Source: a virus. Taken from it: 64,000 nt of DNA. This document shows, piece after piece, positions 1-10,500 of this stretch. How positions within the stretch are numbered: position 1 is the first letter of the stretch; every line of letters starts with the position of its first letter. A model generated the notes under the pieces. The model did not search any database and had not been told where the DNA came from. It was given only the letters and a program-made list of their open reading frames with translations. The DNA is taken from IMG/VR virus record IMGVR_UViG_3300032397_000001; one strand, 5' to 3'. A program made the position numbers and the translations under genes.

Positions 1-2
1 CT

Positions 3-152
3 TCAGATCTGTTAGATAGACCATTTTCTTCGTGTTGGGTTGAAGCTGGGATAACTCACAGTGTTATCCCCAGTTCTCAGGCTCGGTTGCTGATAATATG
101 TGTGCCACCTATTCCAGAGTTCAAGGGGGCTGGAGATTGTAGTGGTACTTAG
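3..152 (+). CDS. C-terminal fragment of a cupin-like protein (runs in from the left edge; not in ORF track)
   Basis: Frame 3 is open to TAG at 150-152: ...SSCWVEAGITHSVIPSSQARLLIICVPP..., resembling cupin motif 2 (G-x-x-H) and the C-terminal strand. Confidence 0.5.
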   Translation, partial: SDLLDRPFSSCWVEAGITHSVIPSSQARLLIICVPPIPEFKGAGDCSGT

Positions 153-417
153 AGAAGGATTGAGACTATCTACGAGCGTCGCTGAATTCAGAGGATATGT
201 TGTTCGTGCCTTACAAGATATTGATAAGGACGTTGGCAACATTGAAGAGAGATGTCGCTCTTGTGGTAAGACAATACAAGATTTGAGTGCTGGTTTGTCG
301 ACACTGAGTGCTAAGACGAAACTTATGATTGTAGTAATTGGGCTTACTGGGGGTATTTTAGGTAATCTCATAGTAACCCTAATTGTATTACTTTTCCGTC
401 ATGTAGGTACCGGGTGA
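142..417 (+). CDS. Small coiled-coil protein with C-terminal TM helix (XhlA/holin-like)
   Basis: ORF 100..417; likely GTG start at 142 after GGAG; heptad-like N-terminus then hydrophobic LMIVVIGLTGGILGNLIVTLIVLLF. Confidence 0.5.
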   Translation: MVLREGLRLSTSVAEFRGYVVRALQDIDKDVGNIEERCRSCGKTIQDLSAGLSTLSAKTKLMIVVIGLTGGILGNLIVTLIVLLFRHVGTG

Positions 418-1409
418 AAACGTTTGAGGATCGCGTTCTTCTTCTCGCGAGTAATCCTGAAACGAGAATTTTCTTTTGCTCTCATTCGACTTTTAGGTTA
501 TTGAATCCTTGTGTTGAGATTATTAATGTAGCTTATAATAATCAGTACGTGATATTTTCAACCAAATTGGTTCCCAATACAACTGAAAAAAGATATCAAT
601 CATGTAGGCATCAAACATGTAAATATTGTAAAGGATATGGGTTAGGTTCACCCTTCTCTGTCTATTCATCAATTTATACATTAGGATTAACACCTTTTCG
701 TTATATCCCAACAGATTGGGATAAAGAGATTTATAATCTTCTTGAGTGTCTAGTTAATATTTACCAAACTAAGAAAAGTGTAGATTGTTTATCTTGTATT
801 CTCCGATCAAATTGTACTTTACAATATGCTAGACGAAAGTGTGTGCCTGTTCAGAAAAGTGATTATCTGGTCATGTATAAAAATCCTTTCTTTGATCCTC
901 CTACTAAAGGAGGTGTATTTCCTTTTATGTTTATCGATCCTCAGATTCGTGACAGATATTTTTGTACAATTTCTTCTGTGCGAGTTCAGAGTGCAACTAC
1001 GTCCCAACAAGGTTTAGGAAAAAGGCCAAGACTCTATATTGCAGAATCGTCTAAAGTTATCTCACAAATAGAGATACCTAAAGCTGTTTGGGAGTTATGT
1101 TATCAATACTTTGTTTCTCGTTTTTATAAGTTAGGCCTAAAGATCAAACCGTTTATTCCTACTCCAAGAGTAGAAGAACAGATTCATTTTGGCCCAAATT
1201 TTAAACAGATCAAGAACAATTCTGACTTTCTTTGGAGAACTCGTCCTTTAGTGTCAGAACAGGTGTACTTGGAAACCCGTCCATATAAGATTTTCTGTGA
1301 AGTTCTTCCTTGGAATTTAAAATATGAAGCAATAGAAAATTCTAATATTAGTTTACATGATAGACTTCATGCAGGGCTAAAAAGAATCTTTGGAATTGGA
1401 TTATATTAA
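414..1409 (+). CDS. Hypothetical Cys-rich protein
   Basis: 331-aa ORF, GTGA overlap with upstream stop, CxxxxCxxC and CxxC clusters. Confidence 0.6.
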   Translation: MKTFEDRVLLLASNPETRIFFCSHSTFRLLNPCVEIINVAYNNQYVIFSTKLVPNTTEKRYQSCRHQTCKYCKGYGLGSPFSVYSSIYTLGLTPFRYIPTDWDKEIYNLLECLVNIYQTKKSVDCLSCILRSNCTLQYARRKCVPVQKSDYLVMYKNPFFDPPTKGGVFPFMFIDPQIRDRYFCTISSVRVQSATTSQQGLGKRPRLYIAESSKVISQIEIPKAVWELCYQYFVSRFYKLGLKIKPFIPTPRVEEQIHFGPNFKQIKNNSDFLWRTRPLVSEQVYLETRPYKIFCEVLPWNLKYEAIENSNISLHDRLHAGLKRIFGIGLY

Positions 1410-1414
1410 GTTAG

Positions 1415-1449
1415 TGCCCCGTTACTTTTAATTGAAGTGGCCTTATAAT
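1415..1449 (+). promoter_or_regulatory. Phage promoter motif copy 1 (TGCCCC-N23-TATAAT)
   Basis: TGCCCC 1415-1420, TATAAT 1444-1449, intergenic; same spacing at five other sites. Confidence 0.75.
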
Positions 1450-1486
1450 TATAATAAGAACAAAAAGATTGAAAACTAAAGTTTAG

Positions 1487-1521
1487 TGCCCCGTTTATTT
1501 TATCATGAACCAGTATATCTT
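1487..1521 (+). promoter_or_regulatory. Phage promoter motif copy 2 (TGCCCC-N23-TATCTT)
   Basis: TTAGTGCCCCGTT shared with copy 1; TAnnnT at 1516-1521. Confidence 0.6.
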
Positions 1522-1547
1522 GTAATCAGAAGGGAGGTGATACAACG

Positions 1548-1646
1548 TTGGTACAAGGTAGGTTGGAGAGGATTAAAATCTACCTTGGGTGGGGTCAGAA
1601 GTATCAAGAGGTTAGAGAACATGAGGACAACACAAGAAACCTTTAA
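1548..1646 (+). CDS. Candidate 32-aa leader ORF (MVQGRLERIKIYLGWGQKYQEVREHEDNTRNL)
   Basis: Strong SD GGAGGTGA 1533-1540, TTG start 7 nt later; its TAA overlaps the TAAGGAGG SD of the next gene. Confidence 0.45.
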   Translation: MVQGRLERIKIYLGWGQKYQEVREHEDNTRNL

Positions 1647-1658
1647 GGAGGAATCATT

Positions 1659-2084
1659 ATGGTGCTGAAGGTTGAAATTCCTGAGTCAGGTGCGCAAGTA
1701 GAAGGAAAGCCGGATGAGAAGGCCCCAAAGGCGAAGAAGGCCGCGGTTGTGGTTCCCGTTCCAACGAGCATCGATCTTGATGCGCTGTTGCAGAAGATCG
1801 GCGAGGCCAAGCCATCTGCCGGAGGAACTGGCCGTGCACCGTCTGTGATTGCATCGCAGATCGCAGATGTCGTGCGCAAGCTGCTGGAAAAGGCGAAGGC
1901 ATTGGGTGTGGAAAGACTGCCCCTCGGTACTTCTGTGAAGGCTGTGGCTGTCAACTCCTTCGGAGTTGAGGCGGGAAAGAAGTCTCAGTATTTCTACACC
2001 TTGGGCCAGTCGGTCCTGAAGATCCTGGGGGACGAGGTCGAAACCCAGAAGGAAGGGCGTACGCTGTTTTTGGTCTGCAAGTAG
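1659..2084 (+). CDS. Lys/Ala-rich hypothetical protein, GC-rich coding, possibly an abundant DNA-binding protein
   Basis: 141 aa, SD AAGGAGG, PKAKKA-type N-terminus, GC visibly higher than surroundings. Confidence 0.7.
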   Translation: MVLKVEIPESGAQVEGKPDEKAPKAKKAAVVVPVPTSIDLDALLQKIGEAKPSAGGTGRAPSVIASQIADVVRKLLEKAKALGVERLPLGTSVKAVAVNSFGVEAGKKSQYFYTLGQSVLKILGDEVETQKEGRTLFLVCK

Positions 2085-2114
2085 CCCCACCGCTTTTCAT
2101 TGGGTATTGCCTTA

Positions 2115-2154
2115 TGAATCGGAAGAGAGCACCTCTCCGCTCTCTTCCGATTCA
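2115..2154 (+). terminator. 16-bp perfect stem-loop after the 1659-2084 gene (terminator or 3' stabiliser)
   Basis: TGAATCGGAAGAGAGC-ACCTCTCC-GCTCTCTTCCGATTCA; no strong U-tract follows. Confidence 0.55.
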
Positions 2155-2185
2155 CCCTTCTAATGAAGCGATGTGAGGTGTACCT

Positions 2186-2668
2186 GTGAAGGTTTATTTA
2201 CCTTATCAAAAGCACCTGCTAACTGGCAGGGTTGAAGATTTGACTCTAAAGCATTCTTGGGATGCAGGGTTTGATCTTCAAACGTTTGGTATTATAGAAA
2301 CTCCATGCCACCCAGACGAAATTCCTTTCTTGATCGGCAACCCATTCATTTTACAGCCCCATAAAACTTACAAAATTTATTGTGGGATTTCTGTTTGTAT
2401 TCCACAAGGTTATGTAGGTTTCGTTGTTTCTCGTAGTTCAGCCAGAAGTAAAGGCATTACCGCTCTCTCTGTATGGGATGCTGGATATAAAGGCGTACTA
2501 ATGCCTTTTATTTCGACTTCTGGTTACACGGTTCCTGTTCTTTATGGGGAGAGACTAGTTCAATTAGTAATCACTTTGAAGCCTGAGGTTGTTCCTTATA
2601 AAGCGAATCTGGATGAGATCGAGACAACTAGGGGGTCTCAAGGGGTGGGATCAACGGGGCGACTCTGA
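2186..2668 (+). CDS. dut: Trimeric dUTPase
   Basis: DAGFDL, SRSS, DAGYKG, RLVQLV and C-terminal RGSQGVGSTG motifs. Confidence 0.92.
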   Translation: MKVYLPYQKHLLTGRVEDLTLKHSWDAGFDLQTFGIIETPCHPDEIPFLIGNPFILQPHKTYKIYCGISVCIPQGYVGFVVSRSSARSKGITALSVWDAGYKGVLMPFISTSGYTVPVLYGERLVQLVITLKPEVVPYKANLDEIETTRGSQGVGSTGRL

Positions 2669-3036
2669 TGAGTGAAGAGAATAAGTTAATGGTTCAAGTA
2701 ATAGGCTCCACATTAGGTGCGAGTCATTCAATGCACCGCCAGTTACATGGCATTTTCAGTAATCTATGTGACGCTGTTGTAATTTGCGGTATTCATGAAA
2801 CTTTGATTCGTACTGCTAAAGGGGAGACGGTTGAATCATTGAAGTGCATGGATAAGATTGTATCACTGCTGACTCCCTTGATAGTCTTTATGAAGGAATC
2901 TTTATCAGTTATCTTACATGATGCATCCCTTCCTATGCAGTTTCGTAATCTGTCTAGTGAAGTGATTAGATCATTTATGTCAGATGATTATAAAGATATA
3001 CTTCGGGAGTTAAGTAAATATCCATGGGTGCAATAG
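2668..3036 (+). CDS. Hypothetical protein
   Basis: 122-aa ORF, TGATG coupling to dut. Confidence 0.6.
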   Translation: MSEENKLMVQVIGSTLGASHSMHRQLHGIFSNLCDAVVICGIHETLIRTAKGETVESLKCMDKIVSLLTPLIVFMKESLSVILHDASLPMQFRNLSSEVIRSFMSDDYKDILRELSKYPWVQ

Positions 3037-3365
3037 CTGAGTTCACATTTAGTATTCGGGATATCGATCTTAAGAAATTCGTTGATTTTGAGTCTGTATT
3101 TCGTAATTCCAAACCTGGATCAAAAGTTCATTTCATTAAAGAGGTTTCAGAGAACTTGATTGATCAGTTGAAAACAAAAGGGAGGTTACCATTTCCAATT
3201 TTAGATTTTACCGATCTCGTAGAGCAAGTGTGTAAGGACAACCAAGTCGAGATAGGTAAAAGATTTATTAGGGAAGTTGTAAAATCACACGTGAAATCTC
3301 GAAATGATGTGGTACTGCGGTATAGGAGTGAACGGCAAGTTTACATAGATATCAAAGGAGGGTGA
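3024..3365 (+). CDS. Hypothetical protein
   Basis: 113-aa ORF in the operon. Confidence 0.6.
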   Translation: MGAIAEFTFSIRDIDLKKFVDFESVFRNSKPGSKVHFIKEVSENLIDQLKTKGRLPFPILDFTDLVEQVCKDNQVEIGKRFIREVVKSHVKSRNDVVLRYRSERQVYIDIKGG

Positions 3366-3368
3366 GAT

Positions 3369-3875
3369 ATGGCTAAGGACTTGATTTTCAATACTGATAT
3401 GCTGTTGGAGACCATTCTCAAAAAGTCCGTTGTCAAACGTGAGAAAGCATATGAGGATGCTTCTCCTATGATTGAGGAGATGACCCAAAAAATCATTGCG
3501 AAGTGTGCAGAACTTGATGTCAGCAAGGCTGCAAAAGTCAAATACTTATTTCGTCTGGGGTCTTGGTCACATTCGGGTGATTGTGCCAAAACAACTGGAA
3601 AATGGCGACATCTAACCGCTTACGATTTTGTTATTTGTCTCCATAAGGAAACGTGGGATATCCTTACGGATCATCAGAAAGAAGCTTTGCTTCATCATGA
3701 GCTTTCACATGTTGGCCATGTAGAGGACAAATGGATTGTCGTGAAGCACGACGTCGAAGAGTTCCTGACTACCTTTAAGCGTTATGGATCGTGGACTCCT
3801 AACCTCAAAATCTTAGAGGACATTAGAGTCTCAACGACGCTTGTAGGCGTATCAGGGACTGAAGGTGGAGAGTAA
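3369..3875 (+). CDS. Putative phage metallopeptidase
   Basis: ALLHHELSH (HExxH) followed by HDVEEF; SD GGAGG. Confidence 0.8.
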   Translation: MAKDLIFNTDMLLETILKKSVVKREKAYEDASPMIEEMTQKIIAKCAELDVSKAAKVKYLFRLGSWSHSGDCAKTTGKWRHLTAYDFVICLHKETWDILTDHQKEALLHHELSHVGHVEDKWIVVKHDVEEFLTTFKRYGSWTPNLKILEDIRVSTTLVGVSGTEGGE

Positions 3876-4521
3876 TTGGGAAAAATATGTACCAGTAGTA
3901 AGATATCACGCAGCCAGACTTTGTAAACGGACGAAGGTTTCATTTGACGACCTTTTCCAAAGTGGGTGCGTGGGTCTTTTTGAAGCGTTGGGAAGGCTTG
4001 ACGAGGACTTAAGCCTTCCCCAGCAATCTCACTTCGTTAGACAGTATATTTGGCATCACGTCCTACGAGCTATCAGAGAACTCCAACACCCTGTTTACAT
4101 TCCTTTATATCTTAATCGCAAAATAAATAACAACGAAATCCATATTTCTTCTATCTCTGAAAGCTTTCTAGACATAGAAGAAGGCTCACAAGACAAGAAA
4201 TCATATTCGAAGTCTCCTCATCCTAATTTTGTTACCTCATCTAATGAAGTAGTCTCTCGTTGTCATTATCGACGTATCGTTGAACTTTCTATATATAAAT
4301 TATTAGAAAGTGAACAAATCGATGTGATTGAATGTTTATGTTTTCTGCTTTTCCATGGACTCTTTAATTACCCCCGATTTCCTTTAGAAGATATATCCAA
4401 GATAATTGAAATCTCAGCAAATACAGTTTCGAAGAAAGTTTTAAAGGTAATGCGTGTCCTAAAGGTGAATGTTCCTATATATTATGAGAAAGATAGTATA
4501 TTCAATGGAAATGGGGAGTGA
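3865..4521 (+). CDS. Sigma70-family RNA polymerase sigma factor
   Basis: Region 2.2 DDLFQSGCVGLFEALGRLD; region-4-like HTH PLEDISKIIEISANTVSK. Confidence 0.8.
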   Translation: MESNWEKYVPVVRYHAARLCKRTKVSFDDLFQSGCVGLFEALGRLDEDLSLPQQSHFVRQYIWHHVLRAIRELQHPVYIPLYLNRKINNNEIHISSISESFLDIEEGSQDKKSYSKSPHPNFVTSSNEVVSRCHYRRIVELSIYKLLESEQIDVIECLCFLLFHGLFNYPRFPLEDISKIIEISANTVSKKVLKVMRVLKVNVPIYYEKDSIFNGNGE

Positions 4522-4540
4522 GGGTGTTTAATTCTAGCAT

Positions 4541-5056
4541 TTGATCAATTTAGAAGATATGAAGGTGATTCAGGGGCATATTCTAAAGTTTTTGTGTAAG
4601 CTTCATGCTAACCAGTATCATAAAACAATCCAGAAATTCGATGGTTCCTTTTTCTTGTATAATAGATGGTGGATTGACTGTAATATGCTCCCGAGGAAGT
4701 TTACTAAAGATATAGCCAACTTCCTTACACGGTATCATTCCATTCCATTCAGTGAGATTGGTAAAAGATTTGTACAAAGATTGACACTTAGTGAAAAGTT
4801 CAAACTCATGACTCTTATGTTAACATTAGAGGAAGCATCTGTATTGACAAGAATTCCGAAGGAGAGTTTTAGAAAAGCCGCTATACTGAGCGACATTAAA
4901 ATGATTTCTCTAGGTGGCAGGGATTTTGTTTTAAGATCTGAATTAGAACGAATCTTAGGAGTAGTCCTTGACGAGGAGAAAATTTTCCGAATTTGTACAG
5001 CTAAAGCTCTTTTGAGGAGACGGCACGATGGCGGAAAAATCCACTCGAATCGCTGA
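4541..5056 (+). CDS. Hypothetical protein with an excisionase-like HTH
   Basis: LTLEEASVLTRIPKESFRKA...GGRDFVLRSELERIL. Confidence 0.5.
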   Translation: MINLEDMKVIQGHILKFLCKLHANQYHKTIQKFDGSFFLYNRWWIDCNMLPRKFTKDIANFLTRYHSIPFSEIGKRFVQRLTLSEKFKLMTLMLTLEEASVLTRIPKESFRKAAILSDIKMISLGGRDFVLRSELERILGVVLDEEKIFRICTAKALLRRRHDGGKIHSNR

Positions 5057-5543
5057 TCAAGAAAGTGGTGAGTATGTTGCAACACGCGATGCAAGGGAAA
5101 ATGATGGTGGAGCCCATGCTCGTGTAATTCAGCTTATCGATATTGCACAACGAGAACTTTCACAAGTTACTCTACGAGGAGTAGGCGCACCAATTTCTTC
5201 CGCCGATAGCATTGATTTAACAAATTCACCCGCAGAATTAATCAGCACCAAACTTACCGTGGGTGACAAAACTACGTTGATCATAGATGTTGAGCATGTA
5301 GCAAATGATGGTGATGTAAGTATCACTCCAATCTTTTTCAATGTAGGTGGTACGGTAATTGGAATTGGTACTACAAAAACGTCCGCTATGGGGACAGCAA
5401 AGTTCAGGATGGGAGCCTCGAGTGGCAACTACAAAAGCCCTCGACTTGAATGGGACCTTCAAGGAGCAGCTTATGTAGGAGTACATATTACTGTCATTGG
5501 AGGATCTGCTAATGGAGTAGTCCTAAAAGGCGGATTGATTTAA
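5028..5543 (+). CDS. Probable virion structural protein (beta-rich)
   Basis: Gly/Thr/Val-rich 171 aa at the head of the structural module; TAATG coupling downstream. Confidence 0.5.
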   Translation: MAEKSTRIADQESGEYVATRDARENDGGAHARVIQLIDIAQRELSQVTLRGVGAPISSADSIDLTNSPAELISTKLTVGDKTTLIIDVEHVANDGDVSITPIFFNVGGTVIGIGTTKTSAMGTAKFRMGASSGNYKSPRLEWDLQGAAYVGVHITVIGGSANGVVLKGGLI

Positions 5544-7510
5544 TGTCACTCTTGAAGAGGCAAAGACAGAGCAACATTTCTGGCTTTATGGATGTTGAGA
5601 GGCAGTCTGGCTTGCCCCTTGAAAAAAGTATGTCTCTCCCACATTTGCCAGAAGATCCCACTCCTGAGTCCTTGGTTGACAGCTGGCTCAATGTTATCGA
5701 AGCTAACATCAAGTTTAGATCTTTCCGTCATCGCACTTACACTACTCAACGAACTGTTGAACTTGAGACTTTGATTGGAACATTTCAAGATTTCTATCGC
5801 GACGAAGATGATCAATCTGATTTTGAGTTTGGGGTTCTCGAGCATATTAATGCTGATGCAGGATACCTTGAACTAGATAAAATATCAACTCTTGATTCTG
5901 ATCAAATCAAAGGTGTAAGTATTGGCGAAACTGTAGTTGTTATCATTCGTTCTGATAATAGGGCATGGTGTCAAGGTCTAAACTTTTTCGGTCAATTAGG
6001 CGATGGAACACGTGAAGAGCGTGATACTTATGTTCCTACTTCGTTAATTGATGTTGTTCAAGTTGCAGCTGGTGATTATCATGTTCTTGCTTTGAAAAGT
6101 AACGGAACAGTCTGGGCCTGGGGAAGAAACAATTATGGTCAAGTAGGAAATAACTCTTATGTCCCCCAGGAAACCCCAGTTCAAGTTTTAGATAGTGTAA
6201 CAGGAATTGCTGCAGGAAGTTTTCATTCCATCGCATTCAAAAATGATGGCTCGGTTTACACATGGGGATGGAATGGAAGTGGTCAGTTGGGGCGAGGTAC
6301 TTTAGAAGATCGCTTGATTCCTACAGCTGTCCCTGCAATGACAAATGTAGTCGCCGTCTCTGGAGGATACAGGCATTCTCTTTTGGTTAAAAGTGATGGA
6401 TCAGTTTGGGGTGCAGGAAGTAATAAAAGAAAACAATTGTCAGATGCAGTAGGAGTTGCACAAGGTCAAGATATTGTTGTCAAAGTTTTTCAACGATTAT
6501 CTTTATCTGTGTTAACAAATGTGATAAAAGTATCTGCAGGACGTCAACACTCAATTGCTCTTAAGAGTAATAACTCAATTTGGTGTTGGGGTGATAATCA
6601 CTACGAACAATTATGTAGAGATAAAGATAGCGTTGCTTCTGGTATTGAAGAATCAATAACTCCTTTGCAAGTATTTGAGTCTAATAAAACCACTCCTGTA
6701 TATGCAAACAAAATCATCGCAAGCTGGTGGAGTGGTCTTATTTATGACACAACTTATAGTAAGTTAAGAGGTTGGGGTTCAAATGGTTGGTGTCAACTAG
6801 GCTTTTGGGGTAGCACTTATCCCACTCATAATACATTTGATTCACCTCAGAATGTTTCACTTGGAACAAGTATAGAGACTTGGGGCGCAGGTGGAAAAAA
6901 CATTTTTTACCAGCGAGTTTTGGGAGGTCCCATATATAAGACAATATCTTCAGGAGCAATACGCCATGGATTAAATCACGGGCAGTTTGTTCCTACCATA
7001 GAGGTATTTGGAAGTGTCCCTGAAGATCGCTCTGATCAGGATAGTGGAAATTCCTCAACTCTTGTATATGAAGGTTCAGGAAATCCGAGTGATGTATGGT
7101 ATACAGACTTTAGTTCATATGAGTTGGAAGGGAGTCGAGTTGCAATTTACGATTTGACAATAGTCGGAATAACAGATAATCCTCGAATGAAATGTAAAGG
7201 TCTTATTGCGGGATACACAAAACTATTTTTTGACGTTTGTATTTCATTTAATAAAGGTGCTACATGGTCTGATTGGATTACTGTATGGGAAGAGACTCCT
7301 GCAAAGCATATAACAAATCCTTCTGATCCTGCTCAGGGAGAATGGATAAGTGCAACCTTTAACAGTGGTTTTTTCACGATACCACAAATTCCTTTGTCAT
7401 TACCTATTAATTCAGTGTATTTGAAAGCAAAAACTAGATTCTATTCACGGGGGTGTTTTTCACCTCAGGTAACAGAGTTTATTCTTGATGTGCCTAACTA
7501 TCTTATTTGA
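5543..7510 (+). CDS. RCC1-repeat beta-propeller protein, probable tail/receptor-binding component
   Basis: Repeated VAAGxxHxLALKSxGTVWAWGxNxxGQLG blades. Confidence 0.85.
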   Translation: MSLLKRQRQSNISGFMDVERQSGLPLEKSMSLPHLPEDPTPESLVDSWLNVIEANIKFRSFRHRTYTTQRTVELETLIGTFQDFYRDEDDQSDFEFGVLEHINADAGYLELDKISTLDSDQIKGVSIGETVVVIIRSDNRAWCQGLNFFGQLGDGTREERDTYVPTSLIDVVQVAAGDYHVLALKSNGTVWAWGRNNYGQVGNNSYVPQETPVQVLDSVTGIAAGSFHSIAFKNDGSVYTWGWNGSGQLGRGTLEDRLIPTAVPAMTNVVAVSGGYRHSLLVKSDGSVWGAGSNKRKQLSDAVGVAQGQDIVVKVFQRLSLSVLTNVIKVSAGRQHSIALKSNNSIWCWGDNHYEQLCRDKDSVASGIEESITPLQVFESNKTTPVYANKIIASWWSGLIYDTTYSKLRGWGSNGWCQLGFWGSTYPTHNTFDSPQNVSLGTSIETWGAGGKNIFYQRVLGGPIYKTISSGAIRHGLNHGQFVPTIEVFGSVPEDRSDQDSGNSSTLVYEGSGNPSDVWYTDFSSYELEGSRVAIYDLTIVGITDNPRMKCKGLIAGYTKLFFDVCISFNKGATWSDWITVWEETPAKHITNPSDPAQGEWISATFNSGFFTIPQIPLSLPINSVYLKAKTRFYSRGCFSPQVTEFILDVPNYLI

Positions 7511-7517
7511 GTAAGCG

Positions 7518-10500
7518 ATGTCTGAAGAGAAGATTTTAAGAAATATTCAGGAGATGGTTATCAAGCTTCCTGAGCTTGAGTTTGACCCAGATATTAATTC
7601 TGGTGTTGACCAATGGATTAATACCACTGAAAAAGTTTTGAAGATTCGTGATGCTGTTGGTGGTACTACAAACTTTCCTCTTGATGAGATTCCCGCTACA
7701 GGTTCACCTATTATACTAAAAGGTCCAGATATTTTTTCTGTTGGAGAACACTGGGGCTTAGAGCAACATATTGTAGATCCCAGTAATCTTGTTGAAGGGT
7801 ATTATCTTACATTAGAGCGCAAAGCCCCAGAAATGTCTCGTACTGTTGCAGGTATCAATCATAGTTTAGCTCTCGATGTTCAAGGTAAAGTATGGTCATG
7901 GGGAAAATACCAGGAATATAATGGCGAATTAGAAGTCAATGAGAAAACAGGTCAGTTAGGTAATCCTTCGTATAATGGCAATCCTTTGCCTATGCACGAT
8001 GGATTCAATGAAGGTTTGTTTGTAACTGATGCGGTAGATTTCTTTGTGGGTCAAGACCATTCATATATAAAAAGAAAAGACAATTCATGGTGGTATTGTG
8101 GAAAGCGTTCATTTGAGGGTGTTTATTCTGTTGCAGGAAATGGTGAATCATTTTGTATTATTCTCCCTAATGTAGATTATGTACTCATTAAGAAGATTTA
8201 TAATGTTGATCGTGAGGCAGGATGGGTAAAGCGTCCCTTGCCAGTAAAAGCTGATTGGCGTGTCATTGGCTTTATTCCTACCCATTTCACATTAGATTAT
8301 ATTAATCAGTTAGAACCTTTTCAAAAAGGCGATGTGGTTACAGGTGTAACTTCAGGAGCAATAGCTACTATTGATAGTGGCGCCCTTCAAGGAAATTATA
8401 TTGATTCAGGGTCTCTTATTGTAAAAAATAGAATCCCTAACTTAGATTTCCAGTCAGATGAAACTCTTCGAGTAGGGTCAGCTGATAAAGCCACAGTTAA
8501 AATATCAGCAAGTTATCGTGGTTTCTTTTCCAAAGGAACCTTCTGTACCTTAGCATATAATAGTGATGTTGCAGTCTATTCAGAAGACGGAAAAGAATGG
8601 GTTCAAGTAACCCTTCCGATCAGTGGAAAATGGATTGATTGCTGTTACACAGAAAATTATTTTCTTGCGATATCTGAGGAAGGTTATGTTATAAAGACAT
8701 CAGATGGAATTAATTGGTCTTTCTTGGCATTAAATATTGTTCAACCTGAAAAATCGTTAGCCTACAATAATTTGCAGACAGGTAAGTCGTTTGCAGTTAA
8801 TGATGTTGTTATAGGTCATTCTTCAGGAATTACTGCAATAGTTGCAGACGTTGTTCCCGACCAAGCTGAACTAAATTATGATGGTGCTCCAGTCGCAGCA
8901 GTTCAGTATTATAAAGATATGCTGTATTCAAGATTGGAATATGATAATGCTCAGCCTGTCACAGGTGATGTTTATAAAGGGTTTGATGCAGGTCAGATCC
9001 TTGTAGGAGAAACTTCTGGCGCATCAGCAGTTATCAAGTATTCCTTTAGAGCTACTGCGACTATAGGAGTAGTTTACGTAGATGATATTCATGGAATCTT
9101 TGAGGATGATGAAATCTTATTGGTGGCAAATGAATATGTAGCAAATGTAAATAGCACTACAAGTGCTATTCGTTCATTCAAAATAGGTGATACAGTAAAA
9201 GGAAAATGGTCAGGTACGGTAGGTGCGGTTGCTTCATCTCAACCTTTAGGGCCTACTGGGTGGCTTACATTAATTGATATCGCGGGAACATTTCAAGATA
9301 TTGAACCTCTCATTCGTAATGACGACGGATTCGAGTTCTGTAAGGCGGACTTAGAGACCTTACCTATATCCATCTTCTATAAAGGTGATGTAGTAAAAGG
9401 TGTTTTGTCAAATGCACACGCTCGTGTTGTTGAGAATTATTATACAGGAATCCTTTCTTACGACACTTTACAAGATGGCAAATCATTTAATGTTGATGAT
9501 ATCGTCTATGGTGGAACTAGTGGTACAACAGGAAAAATTACTTTGGTAGATGCTCCTAATAAAAAACTCACCTTAGAAACTGTTCTGGGATCTTTTCAGG
9601 ATAATGAGCATCTTTTGGTGGATAATGATTTTATTGCTAAGGTTAATGGTAAGTTAATTGTTACAAGTGGTAAATTAGTTGTAGACAAGATTGTCGGAAG
9701 TTTCATAAATAATGAACACCTAGAAGTAAAGAGTATTTATCTCGCAGATGTTGATGGCACTTTAATGTTTAAATCCGGAATACTTTCACTTGGTAGTGTT
9801 TCCGGATCTTTTCAAGATGATGAACAATTGTACATCTCTGGAGAACACGTAGCCAATGCTAATGGTATTTCAGAAGACTGGGTTGGGGGCCCAATAACTT
9901 GGCAAACAATTATTGGAAAGTATCATACAGTTATTGCTCTCGCAAAAAATAGTAGTATTGCGGTACGCTCAACTAATCAAGGCCAAAGCTTTTCGAGAGT
10001 AAGTGTTCCAATCAAACGAGATTGGGCGTCCTCAATTGCTTGCTGGTGTCCTGGACAGATCAATCAAGATAGTTTGTACTTTTTAGTATTCGCAGAAGGA
10101 TCTCGAGAGTATTTGCGATCTCAGGATGGAAGTAGTTGGAAAGTTTATGTTTTCTCTACTGCTGGTGAAATAGGATTTGATACTCTCCAGTATCGTGATT
10201 GGCAATCTGGAACTGTTAAGGGCGAAACGACACTTTTTGCTGCTTCTCTGACTTACGAGAAAGAAGATTCAATTGATAGGTATGCTGGACAGTTAACTGT
10301 TGAGTTAGATTATGATACATTGTTATCTTATAACTCGAAGAAGAGTGAAAGGTATGTTGCTGACGAAAAATTATTAAGTGGCCCTTCAGAATTATACGTT
10401 GCTGATGCCGATGGAACAATAACAGGAATAACAGCTTTTCTATATGTGAATCAATGTGCTCGTGCATTGCGTATTCCATTTAAGAATGGTGTTCCTGCTC

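Noticed and set aside
45-74. Imperfect hairpin GCTGGGATAAC...GTTATCCCCAGT
   Set aside because: Lies inside the partial cupin-like CDS with no U-tract; no evidence of function
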